This document shows, in pieces, positions 19,832 to 28,396 of a stretch of 64,000 nucleotides of DNA. Each line of letters starts with the position of its first letter. Within the stretch, counting starts at the first letter, position 1. The notes below the pieces were generated by a model. It made no database searches and was not told where the DNA came from. It was given only the letters and a program-made list of their open reading frames with translations. Origin of the DNA: an uncultured Holophagales bacterium (lineage in GTDB: Bacteria; Acidobacteriota; Thermoanaerobaculia; Multivoradales; UBA5704); contig CAWJGT010000009.1 in assembly GCA_963842525.1 (NCBI GenBank), forward strand, positions 1,911,832 through 1,975,831, read 5' to 3'. Position numbers and translations under genes: made by a program.

Positions 19832-21517
19832 ATGACCGGCTGGGCTCTCGATCTGGGGACGACGAACTCTGGAGTTGCGCGCTGGGACGAGGCTCTCGGC
19901 AAGCCCCGTCTTGTCGAGCTGCCCGAGATCTGCCGGAAGCTGGAGGCCACGGACCCGCTGGAGGCGCCGCGCCTGGTGCCTTCCGCCGTCCACTTCCTCG
20001 AGAGGCTCGGGATGGTCGACCGCCTGGGGAGCTGGCCGCCGCTGGCGCGGCGGTTCTTCATCGGCCGGCGGGCGCTGATCGGGCGGCAGGCGCTGGAGCG
20101 CAACGACGGTGTGGTGCATCCCTCGTTCGTGCCCACGTTCAAGCCCGGCTTGAGCACCGAGGCGCTGCGGCCGCTGGCGCGGGTGGGGCGGGAGAGCCTC
20201 ACGGCCCGCGATGCCGCCCAGGCGTTCCTGCGCGAGCTGCTGCGCGAGATCAAGCGGACGACGGGGCAGCGGGTGCGCGACCTTGTCGTCACGTCGCCCG
20301 TGAGCGCGTTCGAGACCTATCGCGCGGAGGTGCAGCAGGCGTTGCGCCAACTGGGTGTGAGCCGGGTCCGCTTCGTCGACGAGCCGGTGGCGGCGGCGCT
20401 CGGCTACGGGATCAGCCTCAGCCACGAGCGGACGGTCCTGGTTGTGGACGTCGGGGGCGGCACGATGCACGTGGTCCTCGTCCGCCTCTCGCCGCAGGGG
20501 GCGGTCAGCGGCCAGGCGACGGTGCTGGCCAAACGGGGACGCCCCGTGGGCGGCAACGCCGTCGACGGCTGGGTGCTGCAGGACCTCTGCCGCCAGATGG
20601 GCCATGACCTGACGGTCGAAGACGACGAGGTCACCCGCCTGTGGCGGCGGCTGATGCTTGCCGAGGCCTGCCGGGTGAAGGAAGCCGTGTTCTTCGAGGA
20701 AGAGGCGGCGTTCCTGATGAGCCCGGGAGAGACCTCCCGCGGGGCGCCGCGGCCGGGCAGCGGGGTCGTCATGCTCACCCGCGACCGCCTGCGGGAGGTC
20801 CTGGACGAGCACGGGTTCTATCGCAGCCTGAACGCCTCGGTGGAGGAGGTTCTGGAGCAGGCGCGCATGACCGTGAACGACGTGGAGGACGTGCTGCTGG
20901 TGGGCGGCTCGACGCTCCTGCCCGGCTTCTTCTCATGGTTCGAGGAGCGCTTCGAGCGTCGCCGGGTGCGCGCGTGGCAGCCCTTCGAGGCGGTGGCCTA
21001 CGGCGCCGCCTGTTTCGCCGGCGACCGGATGGATGCCCTGGACTTCATCGTGCATGACTACGCGTTCGTCACCCACGACCCGAAGACCGGCGAGGCCGAG
21101 CACACGGTCATCGTGCCGCGGGGGACGCGGTTCCCGACCCCTCCCGAGCTGTGGAAACGGCAGCTCGTCCCGACGTGTGCTCTCGGCGAGCCGGAAAGCC
21201 TGTTCAAGCTCCTCATCTGCGAGGTCTCGCGCGGTCATGCTGATGGGGATGGCGGCGAGCGGCGCTTCGTCTGGGACGCGGCCGGCGACGTGCACAAGGT
21301 GGGCGGCGCGGACGGCGATGCGCAGATCGTCGTACCTCTCAACGCGGCGAGCCCCACGCTCGGCTATCTCGATCCGCCGCACTCTCCGCGCGACCGTCGT
21401 CCCCGTCTCGAAATCGCGTTCAGCGTGAGCGCTGAGCGCTGGTTGACCGCCACCGTCCGGGACCTCCTCACGCAGAAGGACCTGATGCTTGAGGAGCCCG
21501 TCGTCCGGCTGGTCTGA
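19832..21517 (+). CDS. Hsp70-family ATPase (non-canonical, not DnaK)
   Basis: LDLGTTNS, DEPVAAALGYG, VDVGGGT, VGGNAVD, LLVGGST; short atypical C-terminal region. Confidence 0.9.
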   Translation: MTGWALDLGTTNSGVARWDEALGKPRLVELPEICRKLEATDPLEAPRLVPSAVHFLERLGMVDRLGSWPPLARRFFIGRRALIGRQALERNDGVVHPSFVPTFKPGLSTEALRPLARVGRESLTARDAAQAFLRELLREIKRTTGQRVRDLVVTSPVSAFETYRAEVQQALRQLGVSRVRFVDEPVAAALGYGISLSHERTVLVVDVGGGTMHVVLVRLSPQGAVSGQATVLAKRGRPVGGNAVDGWVLQDLCRQMGHDLTVEDDEVTRLWRRLMLAEACRVKEAVFFEEEAAFLMSPGETSRGAPRPGSGVVMLTRDRLREVLDEHGFYRSLNASVEEVLEQARMTVNDVEDVLLVGGSTLLPGFFSWFEERFERRRVRAWQPFEAVAYGAACFAGDRMDALDFIVHDYAFVTHDPKTGEAEHTVIVPRGTRFPTPPELWKRQLVPTCALGEPESLFKLLICEVSRGHADGDGGERRFVWDAAGDVHKVGGADGDAQIVVPLNAASPTLGYLDPPHSPRDRRPRLEIAFSVSAERWLTATVRDLLTQKDLMLEEPVVRLV

Positions 21518-21529
21518 GGTAGGTGCGGC

Positions 21530-22927
21530 ATGTTGGAACAGATCCTGGTCTACGGGGGGTTGATGGCGGGCCTCGCGATCCTGGACCACCTCCGCCGCAA
21601 CAACTGGAACCGCGTGAGGGGCTGGCGGAGAGCGGCTATGGCGTGCGACTTGCGGATCGAGGAGACCGCGAGCTCGTCGGTGTCGCGCAGGGGGCTCGTG
21701 ACGCACTCGGGAGGGCTGACGGTGCGGTTCGAGGACGCCGAAGCCCGGGAAATCCTGACCCGGATCGCCATCCCTTTTCTGGGACCGCCGGGGTTCGCCA
21801 CCGTGGCGATCCGGCGCGAGCAGGAAAAGCCCCGAGAGAGCCGCGAGATCGAGTTGGGAGCCGAGCTGTTTGACCGCGCGTTCTATATCGTGGGACCGGC
21901 GCGGCTCGTCTTTGGGTTGCTCACTGCGAAGATGCGCCGTCTGCTGATCCGCATCAACAATGCCGCCAAGCGGATGGAGATCGCCGCCGGCGAGCTGCGC
22001 GTGTACGTGCCCGACAAGGAGATTGCAGTCGTCCTTCCCCTTGTGCTCGACGCCGGCCGGTTGTTCGCCCGGCCGATGGATGTCGTGCAACGTCTGGCCG
22101 AGAACGCCCGCGAGGACCCTGAGCCCAGGGTCCGGCTCCACAACCTGTATGTCCTGCTCCGTGAGTTTCCTGGGGATCCGCGGGCGGCTGAGGCTCTCCG
22201 CACCGCCTGCTCGGATGCCAGCCCGCTGGTCCGGCTGCGCGCGGCCCAGCAACTGGGCGCCGAGGGCCGCGGCATCGTCATCGAGGTTGCCGAGAGCACG
22301 GCGGACGATGCCGCGAGCGCGGAGGCCGTTTTGATCCTGAGCCGGGAGCTGCCGTTCGAGCACACGAAGACTATCCTCTTCCAGTCGTTGCGCCGGCGCC
22401 TCCTCCTCACAGCCCGCGCCTGTCTGGAGATCCTCGGTACCGGCGGCGACGAGGCCGTCGAGGTGCTGGCCAAGGTGATGGAGCGCGAAAAGGGCGAGCT
22501 CGCCGCTGCCGTGGCCGTGGCCCTGGGAGCGACCGGAAGCGCTGCCGCCGAGCCGCCGTTGATCCTGGCTCTCCAGCGTGACCAGAGGGACGCTCAGGTG
22601 GCGGCCGCGAACGCCTTGGGCCGCATCGGCTCGGCGGCGGCCGTGCTGCCGCTCAAGGAAGCGGCCGAGCGCTCCCCGGGCGACCCGGAGGTCCTCCGCG
22701 CCACACGCCAGGCGATCGCCGAGGTCCAGTCGCGCCTTCCGGGCGCCTCGCCGGGCCAGCTCTCGTTGGCCGGGGCGGAGGCCGGTCGATTGTCGTTGGC
22801 GCAGGGCGAGGCGGGCCAACTGTCGCTGGCGACCGAAGCAGCCGGACAGCTCTCGCTCTCGTCGGCGGAGCCGGGCCAGCTTTCGGTCGTTGGCACCGAG
22901 AAACATGACCGCACTGGTCTGAGGTGA
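21530..22927 (+). CDS. Membrane-anchored HEAT-repeat protein, paralog 1
   Basis: N-terminal TM, EIELG..FD motif, HEAT repeats (VRLRAA, AANALGRIG), five G(Q/R)LS(L/V) repeats. Confidence 0.85.
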   Translation: MLEQILVYGGLMAGLAILDHLRRNNWNRVRGWRRAAMACDLRIEETASSSVSRRGLVTHSGGLTVRFEDAEAREILTRIAIPFLGPPGFATVAIRREQEKPRESREIELGAELFDRAFYIVGPARLVFGLLTAKMRRLLIRINNAAKRMEIAAGELRVYVPDKEIAVVLPLVLDAGRLFARPMDVVQRLAENAREDPEPRVRLHNLYVLLREFPGDPRAAEALRTACSDASPLVRLRAAQQLGAEGRGIVIEVAESTADDAASAEAVLILSRELPFEHTKTILFQSLRRRLLLTARACLEILGTGGDEAVEVLAKVMEREKGELAAAVAVALGATGSAAAEPPLILALQRDQRDAQVAAANALGRIGSAAAVLPLKEAAERSPGDPEVLRATRQAIAEVQSRLPGASPGQLSLAGAEAGRLSLAQGEAGQLSLATEAAGQLSLSSAEPGQLSVVGTEKHDRTGLR

Positions 22928-22933
22928 CCCGGC

Positions 22934-24304
22934 ATGTGGGAGTTGGCCTTGATCCCGGTTGTCGCAGGCGGAATCGGTTTTGTGACAGCTCTCCATCAGT
23001 GCCTCGGGCGCCTCCAGGTCTGGAAGGATGCCGCGTCGTCGTGCCGCTTGCAGGGGGTGGAGGTCTCCAGCCCCCTGGCCTGGCGGTTGAAGCTCCACGG
23101 ACGAGCGGGGCCTTTGGAGGTGCAGATCGAGGAGTACGGACGCCACCGGTACACCCGGGTCTCCGTCACGGTGCCGGGACCGCCGGGTTTCCCCGGCGTC
23201 AAGATCCGCCGCGAGGAGCACAAGCCGTTCGGGGCACGCGAGATCGAGGTCGGCGACGAGTCTTTCGATCGCGCGTTCTACATCATGGGGCCGATGCGGC
23301 TCCTGCACGCGCTGCTCGATGCGGAGGCGCGCCGTCTGCTGCTCCAGGTGAACGACGGCGGCGATCTGGTGATCTCCGGCGGCAAGCTGCAGGCGGAGAA
23401 GCTGTACACGATGCAGGTCTCTGACTTCCTTCCCCTCCTCCTCGACGTCGGCCGGCGGTTTGCCCAGCCCATGGATGCCCTGCTGCGCCTGGCGGAGAAC
23501 GCCCAGAGCGATCCCGAGGACGGGGTGCGGCTCCAGAACCTCCTTCTCCTGGTGCGTGAGCTTCCCGGAGATCCGGCGACGATCGAGGCCCTCCGCATCG
23601 CCTGCTCGGACGTGAGCCCCCGGGTCCGTCTGCGTGCAGCCAAGGAGCTGGGCGCCGAAGGCCGCAACGTCCTCGTGGACCTCGCGGAAAGCCTGGTGGA
23701 CGACGCCTGTAGCGCGCAGGCGATTTCGATCCTGGGCGGGGATCTGCCGTTCGAGCGCATCGCAGGCCATCCTCGTCCAGGCCTTGCGCCGGCGCCTCCT
23801 CCAGACGGCCCGCTCCTGCCTGGAGGCGCTCGGCCGCAGCGGTGCCACGGCCGTCGACACGCTGGCAAAGGTGCTGGCGCGTGAAAAGGGCGAGCTGGCC
23901 GTTGCCGCGGCCGCAGCTCTCGGAGCGACCGGAAGCCCGGCCGCCGAGCCGCCGCTGATCCTGGCCCTCCAGCGTGAGCAGAAGGACGTGCAGGTGGCCG
24001 CGGCGAACGCGCTGGCCCGCGTCGGCTCGGCGGCGGCCGTGCTGCCTCTCAAGGAAGCGGCCGAGCGCGCCTCGCGCGATCCGGAGGTCCTCCGGGCCAC
24101 GCGCCAGGCGATCGCCGAGATCCAGTCGCGCGTCCAGGGCGCTTCGCCGGGCCAGCTCTCGCTGGCGGGAGTGGAGGTCGGCCAGTTGTCGCTGGCGCAA
24201 GCCGAGGCAGGGCAACTGTCGATCGCCACGGAAGCGGCTGGCCAGCTCTCGCTCCGACGGCGGAGCCGGGACAGCTTTCGCTCGGCGGTGACGGGGAAAC
24301 CTGA
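22934..24304 (+). CDS. Membrane-anchored HEAT-repeat protein, paralog 2 (indels near 23765 and 24255)
   Basis: Same architecture across ORFs 22934..23884 and 23634..; restored end PGQLSLGGDGET*. Confidence 0.8.
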
Positions 24305-24330
24305 CCGCGCCGGTGGTGCGGCTGGTCTGA

Positions 24331-24545
24331 GAGGTTGTTTGGAAAACTCTGCTGGGGGCGTTGCCTTGGTCCCTCACCCCCGGCCCCTCTCCCATCCGCA
24401 CTCCCTTCCCCCGGGAGAGGGGAGAAAAGCATGATCAGGAAGCTCCTGGGTGGGGGCTCCCCTCTCCCGGGCGGGTGTGAGTGCGGATGGGAGAGGGGCC
24501 GGGGGTGAGGGACCAGGGCTCGCGCAGGAATTTCCAGACACCCTC
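24331..24545. mobile_element. 215-bp MITE with imperfect 22-bp TIRs and 3-bp TGA target duplication
   Basis: Left GAGGTTGTTTGGAAAACTCTGC vs right end reverse-complement GAGGGTGTCTGGAAATTCCTGC; TGA at 24328-24330 and 24546-24548. Confidence 0.75.
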
Positions 24546-24560
24546 TGAGGGGGGAGCAGC

Positions 24561-25928
24561 ATGTGGGAAGCAGTCTTCATAGCCGTTGCAGCGGGCGTCG
24601 GGCTGTTGATCGACTTCCGGCGCCACCACTGGCGCCTGAAGGCCTGGCAGAATGCCTTCTCATCGTGCGGGTTGAAGGTGGTGGAGGCCTTCGGCGCGAG
24701 GGGGTGGTCCTTGAGGCTCCATGGACGAGCGGGACCTGTTGAGGTGTGGATCGAGGAGTCTGGAGCTGGAGCCCAGAGAGAGACCCGGATCGTGGTCACG
24801 GCTCCGGTACCGCCGGGTTTTGCCGATGTGAGGCTCCGCCGCGAGCAGCCCGAGCCCGCGGCGCGCGAGATCGAGATCGGAGACGAAGCGTTCGACAGCA
24901 CGTTTTCCCTCGAGGGGCCGGCGCGGCTCGTCTGCGCGCTGCTCGATGCGGAGACGCGCCGCCTGCTGGTCAGCGCGAGCTCCGGGAGCGAGGTGGACAT
25001 CGCCAACGGCAGGATGCAGGCTTCACGGGTCTCGAATGTCTCCGTCTCCCTGCCCCTCCTCCTCGCCATCGGCCGCCGGTTCACCAGGCTCATGGAGGCC
25101 CCGCGGCTCCTGGCCGACAACGTCCGGGAGGACCCTGAGCCCGGGGTACGGCTCCGCAACCTGCTCCTCCTGATCCGTGAGCTGCCCGGAGACCCGGTGA
25201 CGCTGGAGGCGCTCCGCACCGCCTGCGCGGACCCAACCCCCCGGGTCCAATTGCGAGCGGCCCAGGAGCTGGGCAGTGAACGCATCAGCGTCCTCGCGGA
25301 GCTCGCCGAGAACACGGAGGACGACGCCACGAGCGCGCAGGCGATCTCGCTCCTGGGGCAGGAGCTGCCGGTCGAACGCGCGCGGGCAATCCTCATCCAT
25401 GCCTTGCGGAGGCGCCGCCTGCGGACGGCCCGCGCCTGCCTGGAGTCCCTGGGCCGCAGCGGAGGCGCCACGGCGATCGACACTCTGGCGAAGGTGACAG
25501 CGCGCGAAAAAGGCGAGCTCGCCGTGGCCGCGGCCCTGGCCCTGGGAGAGACCGCAAGCCCGGCCGCCGAGACGCCGCTGCTCGCGGCCCTCCAGCGTGA
25601 CAAGGCCGACCTCCGGGTGGCCGCGGCCAACGCACTGGGCCGCGCCGGCACGGCTGCTGCCGTGCTGCCGCTCAAGGAAGCGGCCGAGCGCTTCTCGCGC
25701 GACCCGGACCTCCGCCGGGCCACACGTCAGGCGATCGCCGAGATCCAGTCGCGCGTCCAGGATGCCTCGCCGGGACAGCTCTCGCTGGCCGGAGTGGAGG
25801 TCGGCCAGTTGTCGTTGGCGCAAGCCGAAGCGGGCCAACTGTCGCTCGCCACGGGCGCGGCCGGACAGCTCTCGCTGCCGTCGGTGAAGCCGGGGCAGCT
25901 GTCGTTCAGCGACGGAGAGGAGGACTGA
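24561..25928 (+). CDS. Membrane-anchored HEAT-repeat protein, paralog 3
   Basis: Intact 455-aa ORF, same architecture. Confidence 0.87.
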   Translation: MWEAVFIAVAAGVGLLIDFRRHHWRLKAWQNAFSSCGLKVVEAFGARGWSLRLHGRAGPVEVWIEESGAGAQRETRIVVTAPVPPGFADVRLRREQPEPAAREIEIGDEAFDSTFSLEGPARLVCALLDAETRRLLVSASSGSEVDIANGRMQASRVSNVSVSLPLLLAIGRRFTRLMEAPRLLADNVREDPEPGVRLRNLLLLIRELPGDPVTLEALRTACADPTPRVQLRAAQELGSERISVLAELAENTEDDATSAQAISLLGQELPVERARAILIHALRRRRLRTARACLESLGRSGGATAIDTLAKVTAREKGELAVAAALALGETASPAAETPLLAALQRDKADLRVAAANALGRAGTAAAVLPLKEAAERFSRDPDLRRATRQAIAEIQSRVQDASPGQLSLAGVEVGQLSLAQAEAGQLSLATGAAGQLSLPSVKPGQLSFSDGEED

Positions 25929-25960
25929 AGCCGGCTCCCGGAGGAGCTGCTCAGCCCGAT

Positions 25961-27337
25961 ATGTGGGCAATAGGCCTCTTGGTCGTCGTGGCAGGTGGCG
26001 TTGCGATTTTGGGCGCCCTCATGCAAGGCGTGCAAGGCCAGCGGCAGCTGCCGCAGCTGCCGGCCTGGCATGATGCCGTGGTTTCGTGCGGCTTGCAGAA
26101 CGTGAAGATCCTTGACGGAGAAGCGAGGCTCTCGGCACGAGCGGGACTGCTGGAGGTGCGGATCGAGGGCTCTAGAGAGAAACAACAAGGCATCCGGGTC
26201 GTTGTCAGGATTCCGGGGCCACCAGAGTTCCAAAATGTGAGGATCGTCCCCGAAGTACCGAAGCGGTTTCGGTCGTCGCGGGAGATCGAGATCGGACACG
26301 AGCTTTTCGACAACACTTTCTCCGTCGAGGGACCGGTGCAATTGGTTTGCGCGTTGCTCGATGCAGGGACGCGCCAACAGTTGGTCCGCATGAACGCCGA
26401 GACCCGGCTGACGATCGTCCACGGTGCGCTCGAGGCGGAAATGTCCGAGGAGGCGATCCCTCACATTCTGCCTCGCCTTCTCGACATCGGTCAGCGGCTC
26501 GCCCAGCCCATGAACATTCCGCGACGCCTGGCCGAGAACGCCAACCGGGACCCTGAGGCCGGGGTGCGGCTGCGGAATCTGCTTCTCCTGATCCGTGAGC
26601 TCTCTAAAGATCCGGGGACCTCCGAGGCTCTCCGCAAGGCCTGCTCGGACCCGAGCCCCGAAATCCGGCTGCGGGCAGCCAAGGAGTTGGGTGCCGAAGG
26701 TCGCGACGTTCTCTTGGAGCTTGGGGAGAGCCCGGTGGACGACGCCTTGAGCGCCGAGGCCCTGTCGATCCTGGATCGAGAGCTGCCGTTCGAGCGCACG
26801 AGAGCCATCCTCGACTATGCCTTGAAGAGGGGCCGTACCCGGACGGCCCGTGCCTGCCTGGAGGCGTTCGGCAGCAGCGGAGGTGCCGCGGCCGTCGAGA
26901 CGCTGGAGAAGGTGATGGCGCGCGGGGGCGAGATGGCCACCGTCGCAGCCCGGTCTCTGGGAATGACCGGCAGCGCCTGCGCCGAGCCGTCGCTGATCCT
27001 GGCTCTTCAATGGGGGCAGGCGGATCTCCAGGTGGCCGCAGCGACCGCGCTGGGCCGCGTCGGCTCGGCAGCAGCCGTGCTGCCGCTGAAGGAAGCGGCC
27101 GAGCGCACCTGGCTCGATCGCGAGCTCCACCGAGCGGTGCGCCAGGCGATTGCCGAGATCCAATCCCGCCTCCAGGGCGCCTCGCCCGGCCAGCTCTCGC
27201 TTGCCGGGGCCGAAGCAGGCCAGTTGTCGTTGGCGCAAGCCGGGGCGGGCGAGCTTTCGCTCGCCCCCGACCCGGCCGGGCAGCTCTCGCTGGGAGCGCC
27301 GGCATCCTTGCCGGCCGGCAAACCGAAGACGGAGTAA
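25961..27337 (+). CDS. Membrane-anchored HEAT-repeat protein, paralog 4
   Basis: Intact 458-aa ORF; final residues are encoded by a REP doublet. Confidence 0.87.
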   Translation: MWAIGLLVVVAGGVAILGALMQGVQGQRQLPQLPAWHDAVVSCGLQNVKILDGEARLSARAGLLEVRIEGSREKQQGIRVVVRIPGPPEFQNVRIVPEVPKRFRSSREIEIGHELFDNTFSVEGPVQLVCALLDAGTRQQLVRMNAETRLTIVHGALEAEMSEEAIPHILPRLLDIGQRLAQPMNIPRRLAENANRDPEAGVRLRNLLLLIRELSKDPGTSEALRKACSDPSPEIRLRAAKELGAEGRDVLLELGESPVDDALSAEALSILDRELPFERTRAILDYALKRGRTRTARACLEAFGSSGGAAAVETLEKVMARGGEMATVAARSLGMTGSACAEPSLILALQWGQADLQVAAATALGRVGSAAAVLPLKEAAERTWLDRELHRAVRQAIAEIQSRLQGASPGQLSLAGAEAGQLSLAQAGAGELSLAPDPAGQLSLGAPASLPAGKPKTE

Positions 27338-27368
27338 GAAGGCCGGCAAGGATGCCGGCGCTCCCAGC
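27289..27368. repeat. REP doublet (TGGGAGCG family) overlapping the end of paralog 4
   Basis: Same arms and spacer as 4603-4694. Confidence 0.85.
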
Positions 27369-27512
27369 AAAGCTACGAGTCGTGCATCGCCAGCAGCACC
27401 GCTGGCGGCGCGCCTCTTGCAGGTTGCGGAAAGCTGAAATCATCGGTCTGGCTCTCGCGGTGGTGGCGCGGTGCTCGCCGGGAGAACCGGCCCAGGGAAG
27501 GGGGAGACGACG

Positions 27513-28040
27513 ATGCCGAAGATCACCGAGCTGTTGTTGGCTGAGCTGGAACGGGAAGCAGCGGGGACTCGCCGCGCGCTGGAGCGCGTCCCGGAAGGAC
27601 GCAACGACTGGAAGCCGCACGAGAAGTCAATGGCTCTCGGGTACCTGGCCGGCCTGGTCGCCACGATGCTGTCCTGGGTTGAGGCCATCGTCACCCAGGA
27701 CGAGCTCGACCTCGCTGCTCCGGGCGAGTACAAGACTGGAGCCTTCGATACGAACCGTGAGCTCCTGGATGCGTTCGACCATGCCGTTGCGCAGGCGCGC
27801 AAGGCCCTCGTAACTGCGACCGACGAGCACCTCTTGACGACGAATTGGCGGCTGCTCGCCCAAGGCCGGCTGATGACGGAGCAGACGCGCTACGTCGCGA
27901 TTCGCGACCTCACCTTGAACCATCTTGCGCATCACCGGGGCCAGCTCACCGTCTACCTGCGGCTCAACGACGTTCCCGTCCCGTCGCTTTACGGACCGAC
28001 GGCGGATGAGAATCCATATTCCGGAGCCCCACCCTCATAG
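27513..28040 (+). CDS. DinB family protein
   Basis: TRRALERVPE...WKPHEKSM; NHLAHHRGQLTVYLRL...VPSLYG. Confidence 0.9.
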   Translation: MPKITELLLAELEREAAGTRRALERVPEGRNDWKPHEKSMALGYLAGLVATMLSWVEAIVTQDELDLAAPGEYKTGAFDTNRELLDAFDHAVAQARKALVTATDEHLLTTNWRLLAQGRLMTEQTRYVAIRDLTLNHLAHHRGQLTVYLRLNDVPVPSLYGPTADENPYSGAPPS

Positions 28041-28084
28041 ACCTTGTTCGCGTTGTCCGGGCCCTGAGCGGGCGTCTCGAAACC

Positions 28085-28243
28085 CGAGCCCTCTCCCCCG
28101 ACCCCTCTCCCGCGCGACCACCGCCCTTCCACCCCGAGCGGGAGAGGAGAGCCTCCACCCGGTTCCTCTGGTTTCCCCCCTCTCCCGTTCGGGGTGGAAG
28201 GGTGCGGGACGCACGGGAGAGGGGGGCCAGGGGGGTGAGGGCT
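28085..28243. repeat. Inverted REP pair (CCCTCTCCC/GGGAGAGG family)
   Basis: C-rich/G-rich mirrored arms similar to 15825, 24370 and 42615. Confidence 0.65.
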
Positions 28244-28396
28244 TCGCGCATGTTGTGCTGCAGACCTGTGCGTCGCCTTATTCTCCGGGAGGTCTAAATG
28301 AACCTCATCCTCTGACGAGCCCCGCCGGCGTCGGAGCCCAGGGTCTCGAGAAATGTTCGCCCGCCGGCCGTCACTTCCTGAGGAGAGGAGCTCTCC

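Noticed and set aside
19832-21517. dnaK
   Set aside because: Lacks the canonical substrate-binding domain and lid signatures and has no dnaJ or grpE neighbours.
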